Shown: one piece after another, positions 50,076-60,450 of the stretch | Layout of the letters: each line of letters begins with the position of its first letter | Numbering within the stretch: the first letter of the stretch is position 1 | Source: Desulfobacterales bacterium | Lineage (GTDB): Bacteria > Desulfobacterota > Desulfobacteria > Desulfobacterales > UBA2174 | Assembly: GCA_963668645.2 (NCBI GenBank) | Contig: CAXXWC010000013.1 | Coordinates: 128,001-192,000, forward strand | Reading direction: 5' to 3' | DNA length: 64,000 bases | Notes under the pieces: model-generated | Seen by the model: only the letters and a program-made list of their open reading frames with translations | Told to the model about the DNA's origin: nothing | Databases searched by the model: none | Position numbers and translations under genes: made by a program

Positions 50076-53000
50076 ATGTCCAGATCAAGAATCAACTTCC
50101 GTAGATTGCTTCCAAAACTGACTGGATCGGGGTATCCGTTTGTTTGCATGCTGGCAATCCTGATCATGACCGTGAGTCCGGCGCAGGCTTCCATGACCTA
50201 TAGCTTCGGTTCGGCGCCGGTGGTCACCGACAGCAGTCTGGTCAACGATGCTTACCAGATCAATTCGCTCGCGGAGATTCTGGCCGGCAATCAGTCTCTG
50301 ATTCCGGTGAACATCACCTCGAGCGGATTGGTCAACTCGACGGTGGATGACAATGCCATCTATTCGATCGCGCTGGCCAACTCGTCCACCCTGTCGACCG
50401 ATATCGAGTTGGTGACCGGCAGTGCGGCCGGCAGCAGCCTGACTTCTATCAATGCCCAGGAAAATTACGAGATTACGACCTTCGCCGGGGTCAGCGCCAG
50501 CAGTGTGACCTCGGCCCTCACCGATGCCGCCGACGGGTCCTTGGCCTCTTTGTCCGGCAACAGCATCTCGGCCGAAACCGGTCTCAATCAGAGCGCGCAG
50601 GCGGTGCAGGGCAGTGTCGACACCACTTTTGACAGCAGTCATCTCGGCGGGGCCGTGATCACCGACAGTTCGCCATTGTTGGTTGGAGACGCCGGTCTGT
50701 TCGCAGGCTCGTCCCAGATCAACCGCCTGGTGGCGCCCGCTTCCGGCGAAACCGACTTTGCCGAGGTTTCCGGCAACCAGATCGCCCTGACGGCCAACAC
50801 CTCATCCGGGGTTGATACAGGCAGCCCGCTCAGCCTGACGGCCGATGAGAACAGCATCGGTGCGGCATTTACCGGCAACAGCGCCGAAAACGTGGTGGCG
50901 GTGGAAACCGGCGGCGCCACGGCCCTGACTTCCTCGGCGGGGATCGCCAATCTGCAGGTCAATTCGGCTGTCGCCGCCGCCAACGGTGACAGCGCCAGCC
51001 TGTCAGAGTCCAGCATCAGCGTCTCGGTCCAGACCGATGCCGCCAATACCGAAGACCCCCTGACGGCCAGCAGCATCTCTTTTGACGGCAACAGCCTTGA
51101 AGCGTCAGCCGTTGGCAGCGAGTCCGTCAACCAGCTCACGGTGGCCGAGGGGTTGAATGTGGACGCAGACGGCGGCCAGGCCAACAGCATCGATTTTACC
51201 AGCGGCAGTGAAACCCTCACCGTCGAAGGGGGGCTGTTCCTGGGAAATGCCCAGCTGGCCATCGATTCCGCCGTCACGGCTCGCGCGACGGGTCCGGCCA
51301 CCGGCCCGGCCCTGAGTGTTGACAGCCGCGGCCTGATCAATTCCGCGCTGAGTGCCGACGGCAACAGCTTCGAAGCGATCGCACTGGGCAACGATGCCTC
51401 CAGCACCCTGTCAGTGGGCGGTGCCACCAGTTTCACAAGCACCGTGGCGGCCCAGAATGTCCAGGCGAGCGTGGACAGCGCCGTTTCCGCGGTGGCCGAT
51501 TCCGGGACCATCGAAGTCAGGGTCGGTGCTGGTGAACTCGCTACCGATCCGACCACTGCGACGCTTTCAGAAACGGACACGGTTAGCGGTTCTTCGATTT
51601 CTGTCGACGACAACACCGTCAGCGCCCTGGCGGTGGCCAACCGCGATCCGCTGGTGGTCAGCATCAAAGGCACCAATGTCACCGACGGCATCAGCCAGGT
51701 CGCCGGCGCCTCCCTCGACTATGGCACGCGTCTGATGGCCTCGACCGCCGGCCTGTCCGCCGTCAGCGGCCAGTTGGCGTCAGGCAGCAGCGTTGCGGCC
51801 AGCAATACGGATGCTGAAATCAGCCTGTCTGCCGGCGATTTTCCCACGGGTTATACTACTGGGCCTGCAGTGAACAACTCGACGTTGACCCAGTCGGGAA
51901 ACACCGTGTCGTCGCTGGCCAATCTCAATGAAGGACTGGTGGCGCTCGGGGTGGAAGCCAACGCCATCGACGCGTCCAGCTCGGTGGCCTCGGCCCAAAA
52001 CGCCACCGTATCGAATGTGACGGCCGTCACTTCCGGCATTATCTCCACCGGTATCAACGCACACCAGCTTGATTCCGGCTCTGCGGCGGTCAACGAGAAC
52101 CTGACCGTCCTGGTCGGCGACGGGGACTTGAGCGACGATACCGATACCGGTAACAGCATTTCGGCCACCGCCGGCGGCAACCTGAATGAGACGGTCCTGG
52201 ATGTGGCGGCCACCACCAGCATGCTGGTGACGGGCGTTATTGACCAAAATGGCGCTAGCAGCAGCGTTCTATCGATTTCGGCCGGCCCGCTGAATCAAGC
52301 CATGGCCGAGATGTCGGTACTCACCGACCAGCGCTTGGACAACAACACGATTTCGGCAACAACCGAATATAGCCAGATTATCGGTGTCATCCGGCGCGCC
52401 GAATTCGACCTTGCCGACTCCACCCTGAACGTGGACGGCAATCGAATTACGGCCACGGCCAGAGGCAACCTGACCAGCAACAGCCTCGATTTTTCGGCCC
52501 TTGACATCGATATGTCCGCCGCCGACGCCACGGGTGGTGCGGCCGGCTCAAATCTGGCCGCGACGGGTGCGGTCCAGGTGATCGGGGAAAGCAGCATTGC
52601 GGCGGCAGTGAATGCCGGCGGAGGGAAGGAAATCAGAGGCAGAATGTTCAGCGCCGGCAGCGATCTGGCCAATATTGCACTTTCCGTGGATCAAAACGAG
52701 GTGGTGGCTGCCGCAACCGGCAACATCGCCACCAGCAGTCTGAGCGGGTCGGGCGGTGTTCTTGCCGAGGATGCCCCCGGGACTCTCTATGGCTCGGTGC
52801 AGATCGGCGCTTTGCCGACGGATGGGGTTCAGATTGCCGATACGGCTGTCGCGAATGCCATTCTCCAGGTCAATGCCGGCTCCGTCAGTGCCAGTCTGGC
52901 CACTACGGGGGCCTATGAGATCATCGGCCGGATCGACTCATCGGCAACTGCGATCAATGACAACCTGGATCTTTCGGTAGACGGGAACCGGGCCGTTGCG

Positions 53001-56000
53001 ATCGCCACCGGCTCCAGCGCCGCGGCAAGCACGGAACTGAGCTTCACTACTCTGGAAAGTTCGGCGGCCACCGTCGTTCATCAGGTCCAGAGCGGCCCCA
53101 CCACAGCGACTGTCGGCGGTGATGGCAGCGTCGAGATTACCGCCGATATCGATACCAACCTCGTCAGTCAAGTCGCTGACGTGAGCAACGCCGTTGTGAG
53201 CGCCTCGGGAAATACCGCCGGGGCCCAGGCCACCGGTGCGTCGACCACGGCCAGCCTGGTCGCGGGCGGAGAGGAGACCGTAACCCTGGCCTCGGGCTAT
53301 GGTGACGGCACCATCGGGTCCGTGCTGAACGTCGACCTCGACAATGGATCGACACAGCTGTCCGCCGATTACATGCTCGGCGTGCAGCAGGCCGTTATCG
53401 GCAGTACCACCGCTTTTGCCGATGACATGTCGGTGCTGGCAACCGGCGGCAACTTCGCCGGCGCCAGCCTGGCCGCCGACGGCAATCTGCTGACAGCCCA
53501 GGGGACCGGCGGCAGCGTCGCTGCCGATCTGTCGCTGGCCGCCACCGATATGACCGCCGGCGGCACCGGGGCGAACACCGTCAATGCGATTCTGGCCAGC
53601 GAGCAGTTCCTGACCGGGGTTGTCGATGTGGACCTGACGGCTTCCGACGTGACCGCCACAGCGGTCAACCTGACCACCTCCGCCACCGGCACCAACGGTT
53701 CCGAGGCGATCTCGGTCGACGACAACACCCTACTGGCCAGCGGCGTCGGGCTGAAGTCGGTCAACAATATGACCACCGACGCGGCCACCGGTGTGGCCGG
53801 AGACGGTACCACCGCGCCGGCCGTTATCAATCTGACCTTGCCCAGCAACGGAGATGTGGGCCTTGGCAACTTTGACCGGCTCGTCGTGTCCTTTCAGGAC
53901 GTCAACGTGGGGGTTGACGTCTTAGCCGCCTCGAACAGCGTCGGCGCGGCGGTGACCGGTTTCGGCATCCTTTTGGGCGACATTGACGGCGATACGATCA
54001 CGGTGGACGGCAATACCCTGCTCGCCCAGGGGACCGGCGCCAGCAGCAGCAATACCCTGGCGACCAGCGCCGGGGCCTCCATCACCGACCTTTCCCAGGC
54101 CATTGTGGCCGGGCAGGATTTGGACGGGGCGGTTACGGTGGCCAACATCAGCCCGGCGGCCACCCTGGACATCGCCGGTATCAGCACCGACGCGTCCCTT
54201 TCCGTATCCGAAAACCAGCTGTCGGCAGCCGCCACCGGTCTGAAAGGCGCCAACACCCTGTCCCTGTATGCGCCCGCCTCGATCAGCGACGGCATCGATT
54301 CTCTTTACACCCACGATATCGTTTCGGTGCAGCTTGTCGGGGATTCGGTCAGCGCCGGCCTTCTCGGCAGCCAAGTCGACCTGACCGTGGCCGGAGGCGA
54401 TGTTCTCACCAGTTCGCTGGCAGCCAACGGCAACCTCCAGGAGGCTTCCGCCCAGGGCGCCACCAACACCAACACCCTGACCGCTGAAAGCGGCGCCATC
54501 CAGGGCGCCGGTTTTCAGATCGGTGCCCTCCAGTGGGGCGATGATCCGATAACGGCGAGCAATGCCGGAAGCCGGCTCTTCATTTCGGTCGAAGACGGCG
54601 CCGCCACCGGCTCAACCCTGTCCATCGCCGACAACACCATCGGCGCCACCGCCGGAAACCTCAAAGGCGTGAATAACCTGTCTGTCGACTCGACCACCGA
54701 CAATAGCGGCGACGCCGCCGATACTCACTACGAGACGATCAACCTGAGTACTACGGACCTCGGTGGCACGTCGGAATCAGATCGTGCCATCGTGAGTCTG
54801 CAGGCCGTCACAGACGACGGTGATGTTACAGCCACCATCGAAAATTCGTGGATGAAGATCTATGTAAGCGACGAACTGGAGCAGGAGAGCAGCGCCGCGC
54901 TGACCGGCAACAGCGTGGCTGCCAGCGCCACCGTGGCCGCCGATACCAACACCTTGGCCAACAGCGCCGGCACCCTGCTCGATGCCTCTTCGCTTGTCGC
55001 ATCGGTACAGGATTCAAGCGCTGACGCGATATCCAGCATCTTGGGTGCTGATCTGCAAATCGGCGTCGATTCTTGGATTGTCGATTCCAAGGTCGATGCG
55101 TCCGACAACACCATCAGCGCCGCGGCCACCGGGCTGAGCGCCACCAATACCCTTGCTGTGGCCGGCGGTTCCATCGAAGCCTACGGTTCTGTCGGCGGCA
55201 TGATAGATGCCGATCAGTTCGGTCAGGAACTGGGCGGCTTTTCGGCCGTCGCCAGCGACCAGGACATTTCTGCCAGTCTTTCCGCTTCGGTCGAAGATAC
55301 GCGAATCGGCGTGGAGATCAATTCCTATCTTTCGGATTCGGCGGTCCACGTGGACGAGAACCTGATCCAGGCTTCCTCGACCATGGCGGCGGCCGCCAAC
55401 ACCCTCAACCAGTCGGCCGATACCGCCATGTCTAATGCCCCGGCCGTGTTGAGCGCCTCCCAGATCCTGGAAGGGGACTCGTATGCTGAAGTGGACAACT
55501 ACGATTATTCGTATTCCGGACGGGTTGGAACGTACGTCGACGGTGACGTTACCGCATCCAACCTGACGGTGGACAACAACGCTATCCAGGCCGTTGCCAC
55601 CGGCGGAACCATGACCAACACCCTCAAAGCGACCGCCGGCACATACATCGATGGCTATAACACCTGGTACTCGGTGGTTGACTCGTCCGCAAACGAGTTC
55701 AGCGGGACCTACGGCCTTGCCAGCCGGCAGGAATCGGAGGCGGATGTTTCGGCCCTTGTCGGCGGATGGCCGCAGATCAGTATCCAAATCGGTGATGGCG
55801 ACGCTGACGGGAACAGCACCCTGAGCGTCAGCGGCAACACCATCATGAGCCGGGCAACCAACCTGAACGCCGACAACACGCTGGTCACCGAGGCGGGTAC
55901 GCAGTTGGACGACGTCGTATCCGGGATATTGAGCTACCAGGAGGTGGCGGGCGAAACCAGTGCTCATGTTTACGGTGCGGATACCTCGGTGGGCGTTATG

Positions 56001-57452
56001 TACAACCTTGTGGGCAGCGCCGCGTTGGACGGCAACCTGCTGGCGGCCGTGGCCACCGGCGGCAGCGTCACCAACAGCCTGGACGTGTCGGCGATGAGCA
56101 TCGATGCCAGCCCCACCAGCAGTGACAGTACGCTGGTGACTTCTTTGGCCGGTCTGGCGGCCCAATCCGGAGAAGATGTCCACAACAGTCTGCTCAACGT
56201 ACAGTACCGGGATGCCATAGTCCTTGCCGGGATGGACAGCCAGGACGGCTATCTGAATGTCGCGGCAGGTTTTGAAAGCATAACCGGCAGCGTCAGTGTC
56301 AGTGAAAACATGATGGCGGCCCAGGCCCGAGGTCTGGTGGCCGAAAACAGCCTGAGCCTGACTTCCGAAACCCTCATCGACGGTGGCAGCACGGCTCTGG
56401 GCAGCGTGCAGTACGGCGATGCTGCGGTGACCGCTTCCATCGTTCCGGGCCAGGATGAAGGTTTAATCTTTCTCGGCGCCGATGCGCTGACCGGCACCGC
56501 CGTTCTCGACAACAACACGGTCCTGGCCAGCGCCACCTCGAATCTGGCCGTCAACAGCCTGAGCGCCAGCGCGGCCACCCAGATCGTCGATCTGGGGACC
56601 GAGACGACCACCACCATCGGGGTCGCCGGGACCTCCATCACGGCCGGCACGGTCGGCTTTACCCTGCAAAATGTACAGTACGGCAGCGTTGATGCGCCGG
56701 TCACGGCTTCGATCCAGAACATGGCCATCGATAGTGCAATTTATACCGTTACCGGCACCGCCAGCGTGGACGGCAACACGGTCATGGCCACGGCCCGGGG
56801 CCAGGCGGCCCAGAACAGCCTGGTACTCAATGCCGGCACCGACCTGGAGGCCTCGGCCTCCCTGGCCAACACTCAGGTCAACGGAGGGGCCGTCAACGCG
56901 AGCATCGGTAACGGCCGTATCGCTCTGAATACGGATACGGCCAGTGGCACCGTCTCGGTCAGTGACAATACCGTCCAGGCCAGCGGCACGGCCAACCTGG
57001 CCATCAACAGCATTGACATCAGCGGCACCCTGGCCGCCTCCGACGGCGGCAGCGCCGCCGGGCTGACCGCCAGCGCCGATTACGTCGCGCTCAACGCCCA
57101 GACCAATACCGCGGACGTTACCAGCGCCATAAGCGGCTATACCATCGCGTTGAACAGCTTGACCTCGACAACCGGAACGGCCAGTGTGGACGACAACATC
57201 GTTCTGGCCGAGGCCACCGGCAACAGCGCCAGCAACACCTTTACCATCACCACCGTGGGCGGCTCGGATACGGCCGATTTTGCCTTTACCGGCGTTCAGA
57301 TGAACAGCGGGAACGTTTCCAGCAGCATCAGCGGCGTTTCCATCAGCCTGTCCAGCCTGGGCGGCACGGGCAATTTCAGCGCTGTCGGCAACCGTATCGG
57401 TTCGGTTTCCACCGGCAATGTTTCGGTGAGCAGCATCAAGTCCGGCCTGTAA
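50076..57452 (+). CDS. Giant secreted beta-repeat protein (2458 aa), HfaD-like repeats
   Basis: Signal peptide ending AQA; about 30 copies of (G/D/E)NxxxAxAxGxxxxN; rich in A/S/T/G/V/N/D; RBS aggag. Confidence 0.8.
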   Translation: MSRSRINFRRLLPKLTGSGYPFVCMLAILIMTVSPAQASMTYSFGSAPVVTDSSLVNDAYQINSLAEILAGNQSLIPVNITSSGLVNSTVDDNAIYSIALANSSTLSTDIELVTGSAAGSSLTSINAQENYEITTFAGVSASSVTSALTDAADGSLASLSGNSISAETGLNQSAQAVQGSVDTTFDSSHLGGAVITDSSPLLVGDAGLFAGSSQINRLVAPASGETDFAEVSGNQIALTANTSSGVDTGSPLSLTADENSIGAAFTGNSAENVVAVETGGATALTSSAGIANLQVNSAVAAANGDSASLSESSISVSVQTDAANTEDPLTASSISFDGNSLEASAVGSESVNQLTVAEGLNVDADGGQANSIDFTSGSETLTVEGGLFLGNAQLAIDSAVTARATGPATGPALSVDSRGLINSALSADGNSFEAIALGNDASSTLSVGGATSFTSTVAAQNVQASVDSAVSAVADSGTIEVRVGAGELATDPTTATLSETDTVSGSSISVDDNTVSALAVANRDPLVVSIKGTNVTDGISQVAGASLDYGTRLMASTAGLSAVSGQLASGSSVAASNTDAEISLSAGDFPTGYTTGPAVNNSTLTQSGNTVSSLANLNEGLVALGVEANAIDASSSVASAQNATVSNVTAVTSGIISTGINAHQLDSGSAAVNENLTVLVGDGDLSDDTDTGNSISATAGGNLNETVLDVAATTSMLVTGVIDQNGASSSVLSISAGPLNQAMAEMSVLTDQRLDNNTISATTEYSQIIGVIRRAEFDLADSTLNVDGNRITATARGNLTSNSLDFSALDIDMSAADATGGAAGSNLAATGAVQVIGESSIAAAVNAGGGKEIRGRMFSAGSDLANIALSVDQNEVVAAATGNIATSSLSGSGGVLAEDAPGTLYGSVQIGALPTDGVQIADTAVANAILQVNAGSVSASLATTGAYEIIGRIDSSATAINDNLDLSVDGNRAVAIATGSSAAASTELSFTTLESSAATVVHQVQSGPTTATVGGDGSVEITADIDTNLVSQVADVSNAVVSASGNTAGAQATGASTTASLVAGGEETVTLASGYGDGTIGSVLNVDLDNGSTQLSADYMLGVQQAVIGSTTAFADDMSVLATGGNFAGASLAADGNLLTAQGTGGSVAADLSLAATDMTAGGTGANTVNAILASEQFLTGVVDVDLTASDVTATAVNLTTSATGTNGSEAISVDDNTLLASGVGLKSVNNMTTDAATGVAGDGTTAPAVINLTLPSNGDVGLGNFDRLVVSFQDVNVGVDVLAASNSVGAAVTGFGILLGDIDGDTITVDGNTLLAQGTGASSSNTLATSAGASITDLSQAIVAGQDLDGAVTVANISPAATLDIAGISTDASLSVSENQLSAAATGLKGANTLSLYAPASISDGIDSLYTHDIVSVQLVGDSVSAGLLGSQVDLTVAGGDVLTSSLAANGNLQEASAQGATNTNTLTAESGAIQGAGFQIGALQWGDDPITASNAGSRLFISVEDGAATGSTLSIADNTIGATAGNLKGVNNLSVDSTTDNSGDAADTHYETINLSTTDLGGTSESDRAIVSLQAVTDDGDVTATIENSWMKIYVSDELEQESSAALTGNSVAASATVAADTNTLANSAGTLLDASSLVASVQDSSADAISSILGADLQIGVDSWIVDSKVDASDNTISAAATGLSATNTLAVAGGSIEAYGSVGGMIDADQFGQELGGFSAVASDQDISASLSASVEDTRIGVEINSYLSDSAVHVDENLIQASSTMAAAANTLNQSADTAMSNAPAVLSASQILEGDSYAEVDNYDYSYSGRVGTYVDGDVTASNLTVDNNAIQAVATGGTMTNTLKATAGTYIDGYNTWYSVVDSSANEFSGTYGLASRQESEADVSALVGGWPQISIQIGDGDADGNSTLSVSGNTIMSRATNLNADNTLVTEAGTQLDDVVSGILSYQEVAGETSAHVYGADTSVGVMYNLVGSAALDGNLLAAVATGGSVTNSLDVSAMSIDASPTSSDSTLVTSLAGLAAQSGEDVHNSLLNVQYRDAIVLAGMDSQDGYLNVAAGFESITGSVSVSENMMAAQARGLVAENSLSLTSETLIDGGSTALGSVQYGDAAVTASIVPGQDEGLIFLGADALTGTAVLDNNTVLASATSNLAVNSLSASAATQIVDLGTETTTTIGVAGTSITAGTVGFTLQNVQYGSVDAPVTASIQNMAIDSAIYTVTGTASVDGNTVMATARGQAAQNSLVLNAGTDLEASASLANTQVNGGAVNASIGNGRIALNTDTASGTVSVSDNTVQASGTANLAINSIDISGTLAASDGGSAAGLTASADYVALNAQTNTADVTSAISGYTIALNSLTSTTGTASVDDNIVLAEATGNSASNTFTITTVGGSDTADFAFTGVQMNSGNVSSSISGVSISLSSLGGTGNFSAVGNRIGSVSTGNVSVSSIKSGL

Positions 57453-57495
57453 AGAAGGTGCGGCGGATGGCTGGTATCCGCCAGGCGTAAATCAT

Positions 57496-57525
57496 TGGGG
57501 GGCGGGGATTGACTCCGTCCCCCAT
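57496..57525 (+). terminator. Stem-loop after the giant gene
   Basis: tgggggggcggg-like arm pairing with ccgtccccca; weak U tract. Confidence 0.5.
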
Positions 57526-57607
57526 CGCATTCTTGATCCTTCGGTGCATGCGATCGTCATTGGGGAATCTGCACTAATTAACGGGAACCCCTCACAAAGG
57601 AGGAAAC

Positions 57608-58222
57608 ATGTCGATCAATCGTTTGTTGCTTGCCTGCCTTATGGTTCTGGTTCTTACGGTGCCACCTGCCATCGTCGGTGCCGCTGACACGCAAGGCAAA
57701 TACGCGGTGCGCGGGGTCGGCTCTTCCACCGGCAAGCAGTTGGTAAGCGCCATCGAGTCCAAAGACCCCAATGTCCGCAAGGACGCCGTGCTGCTCTACA
57801 CAAGCTGGCTCAACGGCTATCTGAGCTATGTCAACCGGACCGAGAAGGATACCTACGATATCGTGCCGTTCACCGACGGCGCCCACCTGCTGGCGGTGGT
57901 GGTGGGCCAGTGCCGCGCCAATCCCGATGCCCTGGTGGAAAGTGTCGCGGCCAAGGTTATCGGTGCCCTGTCCAAGGCCAAGGTCAGTGCCGAATCGCCG
58001 ATCATTGAGGTGGGCGTCGCAGACCGGAAAGGAAGCTTTCGCAAGGCCACCATCGTCGCCGTGCAGGAGAAGCTCATCGCCATGGGCCTTCTCAAGGGCA
58101 AGGCGGACGGTGATTTCGGGGCCGGCAGCCAGAAGGCCCTGCGCGTCTTTCAAAAAGCCGAGAAGCTCAAGGAAACCGGATTTCCCGATACGGACACCCT
58201 CCTGCGCGTATTGTTGAAGTAG
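57608..58222 (+). CDS. Secreted protein with C-terminal peptidoglycan-binding domain
   Basis: Signal peptide; VQEKLIAMG...ADGDFGAGSQKALRVFQK...TG.PD..T matches PG_binding_1. Confidence 0.85.
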   Translation: MSINRLLLACLMVLVLTVPPAIVGAADTQGKYAVRGVGSSTGKQLVSAIESKDPNVRKDAVLLYTSWLNGYLSYVNRTEKDTYDIVPFTDGAHLLAVVVGQCRANPDALVESVAAKVIGALSKAKVSAESPIIEVGVADRKGSFRKATIVAVQEKLIAMGLLKGKADGDFGAGSQKALRVFQKAEKLKETGFPDTDTLLRVLLK

Positions 58223-58244
58223 CCTGCCTTAAAATCCACCTTTT

Positions 58245-58326
58245 CGTTCGCGGTTAAAAACCACTCCCACAAGAGAAACCATGTTGAATTCAGGGGTGTT
58301 GTGGGAGCGGTTTTCAACCGCGAACG
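58245..58326. repeat. Inverted pair of GTAG/GTGG-type REP sequences (REPIN-like)
   Basis: cgttcgcggttaaaaaccactcccacaa (58245-58272) and ttgtgggagcggttttcaaccgcgaacg (58299-58326). Confidence 0.75.
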
Positions 58327-58652
58327 CCTCCGGCTGAGCCGTCTTTTTCGAGACGGTTTCCCGGCGCTTGCAAAATCGTTCAAAACATTTATAATCAAAT
58401 GGATTTAGAGATGTGCGGGGAGTTTAAGGCGTTACGCGGGCGCCGATATCGGGCAGCGACCGCGGCCCTCGCTTCGCCGTGCATCGTCCAATGGGCATTC
58501 CCGTCGTCCAGCGTGCAAAGGGGCAAGGTGGCATCGCAAGAAGCGCCCCACCTTTTCCGCGGAGAATGCCGGCGCGTGTCCCCCGCGGCATCCGGCCGCG
58601 GTGCGGGACCACCCCCGCCCTGACGATGAACCCCTAAACAGGATTATTGAGC

Positions 58653-60365
58653 ATGACCGAAGAAGTCGACTCACAGCTCCAGGTAGAGCGTGCCAAGGAA
58701 CCGACCTTTCTTACCCAGACCCATTTTGCCAGTTTTGATTTGCATCCCTCCCTGCTCCAGGGACTCGAAGATGCCGGCTTCGAGCGTTGCACACCGATTC
58801 AGGCTGAAACCCTGCCCATCTCCCTCAAAGGCCGGGATGTGGCCGGCCAGGCCCAGACCGGGACCGGCAAGACGGCGGCCTTCCTGGTGACGGTCTTCAA
58901 CCGCCTGAGCGCAGAACCGCCATCCGAGGACCGGGCGCCACGCGCCCTGATCGTGGCCCCGACCCGCGAGCTGGCCCAGCAGATTTACGAGGAGGCGCTG
59001 AACATCGGCCAGCACTTGGACCTTTCCGTGGTCCAGGTGGTGGGCGGGGTCGATTACGACCGGCAGGCCGAAGCCCTCAAGACCGGGGTGGACATCGTGG
59101 TCTGTACCCCGGGCCGGATCATCGATTACATCCGCCAGCGGATCTTTAATCCCGACAGGATCAGCATGGTGGTCATCGATGAGGCCGACCGGCTTTTCGA
59201 TCTGGGTTTTACCAAGGATATGCGTTTCATCTTGCGCAAGCTGCCCAGCTATGAAAAACGCCAGTCGATGCTCTTTTCGGCCACCCTTTCCTACCGGGTC
59301 CTGGAGCTGACCTACGAGTACATGAACCTGCCCGAGTTCATCTCGGTCACGCCCCAGGACATCACTGTGGAAGGAATCGACCAGGAGCTTTACCATGTGG
59401 GCGAGGACCAGAAGCTGCCTCTGCTGCTCGGGCTCTTGCAGCGCGAGCAATGGGAGCGGATCCTGATCTTCGTCAACACCAAGGTAGGCGTCGAGTGGCT
59501 GACCAGGAAGCTCAAGGGAAATGGGCTGCCGGCCGAGATGATCACCGGCGATCTGCCCCAGCGCAAGCGCTTCCAGCTCATGGACCGCTACAAGAGCGGC
59601 AAGATCAAGATCCTGGTGGCCACCGACGTCGCCTCGCGGGGGATACATGTGGAAGATATCAGCCATGTGATCAACTACGACCTGCCCCAGGACGCCGAAA
59701 ACTACATCCACCGCATCGGCCGTACGGCCCGTGCCGGCAAGGCGGGCAAGGCCATTTCACTGGCCTGCGAACGCTATGTGCTGCACCTGGAGGCCATGGA
59801 GCAGATGCTGGGCCATAAGCTGCCCGTGGTGTGGGCCGAGGAGGAGCTGTACGCCGAGGACAAGGCCGGGCCGGTGCGTGTCGCCCGTTCGACCAATAAG
59901 CGGGAAGGCGCCCGCAAGCCCCGGGGGGGCGAGCGCAAGGAACGTAAAGAACCTAAAGCGCGCAGCGAACGCAAGACCAACGGTGCGCCGCCGCGGGTTC
60001 GGGAAAAGGCCAAGCCGCTGGCCACGCGGCCGTCCGGTTATTTTCCCGGCACTTTTTTCGGTTTCAGACCGACATCTGACGAAAGTGCACCGGCAACCGT
60101 CGAAGCCGAGACGCCGGCTCCCGCAGATGAAAATGTCGTCGAAACGGCCATCCCCGATGGCCAGACCCCGAGCGCGGTCGAAGAGGCCGTGGTATCCGAG
60201 CCTGCTGAGGTTCCCGGGGTCGAACAGGAAGAGCAAAAGAACGCCAAGCCCAAGAAAAGGCGCCGCCGGCCACGCCGCCGGCGCAAGCCGAGCAAGGAAG
60301 GTGCCGCCGAGGACGCCGCCACCCCGCCGCAAGATGACCCCGCGCCGGACGAACCGGCCATCTGA
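58653..60365 (+). CDS. rhlB: DEAD-box RNA helicase, RhlB-like, with long charged tail
   Basis: TPIQ, AQTGTGKT, PTREL, DEAD, FSATLSYRV, HRIGRTARAG. Confidence 0.88.
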   Translation: MTEEVDSQLQVERAKEPTFLTQTHFASFDLHPSLLQGLEDAGFERCTPIQAETLPISLKGRDVAGQAQTGTGKTAAFLVTVFNRLSAEPPSEDRAPRALIVAPTRELAQQIYEEALNIGQHLDLSVVQVVGGVDYDRQAEALKTGVDIVVCTPGRIIDYIRQRIFNPDRISMVVIDEADRLFDLGFTKDMRFILRKLPSYEKRQSMLFSATLSYRVLELTYEYMNLPEFISVTPQDITVEGIDQELYHVGEDQKLPLLLGLLQREQWERILIFVNTKVGVEWLTRKLKGNGLPAEMITGDLPQRKRFQLMDRYKSGKIKILVATDVASRGIHVEDISHVINYDLPQDAENYIHRIGRTARAGKAGKAISLACERYVLHLEAMEQMLGHKLPVVWAEEELYAEDKAGPVRVARSTNKREGARKPRGGERKERKEPKARSERKTNGAPPRVREKAKPLATRPSGYFPGTFFGFRPTSDESAPATVEAETPAPADENVVETAIPDGQTPSAVEEAVVSEPAEVPGVEQEEQKNAKPKKRRRRPRRRRKPSKEGAAEDAATPPQDDPAPDEPAI

Positions 60366-60380
60366 GCCCTCATAATACCG

Positions 60381-60413
60381 CGCGCCGACTCAGTTTGAAG
60401 ACGGGTCGGCGCG
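60381..60413. terminator. Hairpin between convergent rhlB and phoU
   Basis: cgcgccgactc...gggtcggcgcg. Confidence 0.6.
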
Positions 60414-60450
60414 GTGGTTCGCTTTTGGAAACAGACTCGTCACATAAACG

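Noticed and set aside
50076..57452. Autotransporter, RTX or two-partner secretion adhesin
   Set aside because: No C-terminal aromatic-ended barrel, no GGxGxD nonapeptide runs, no NPNG motif; neighbour is CsgG-like.
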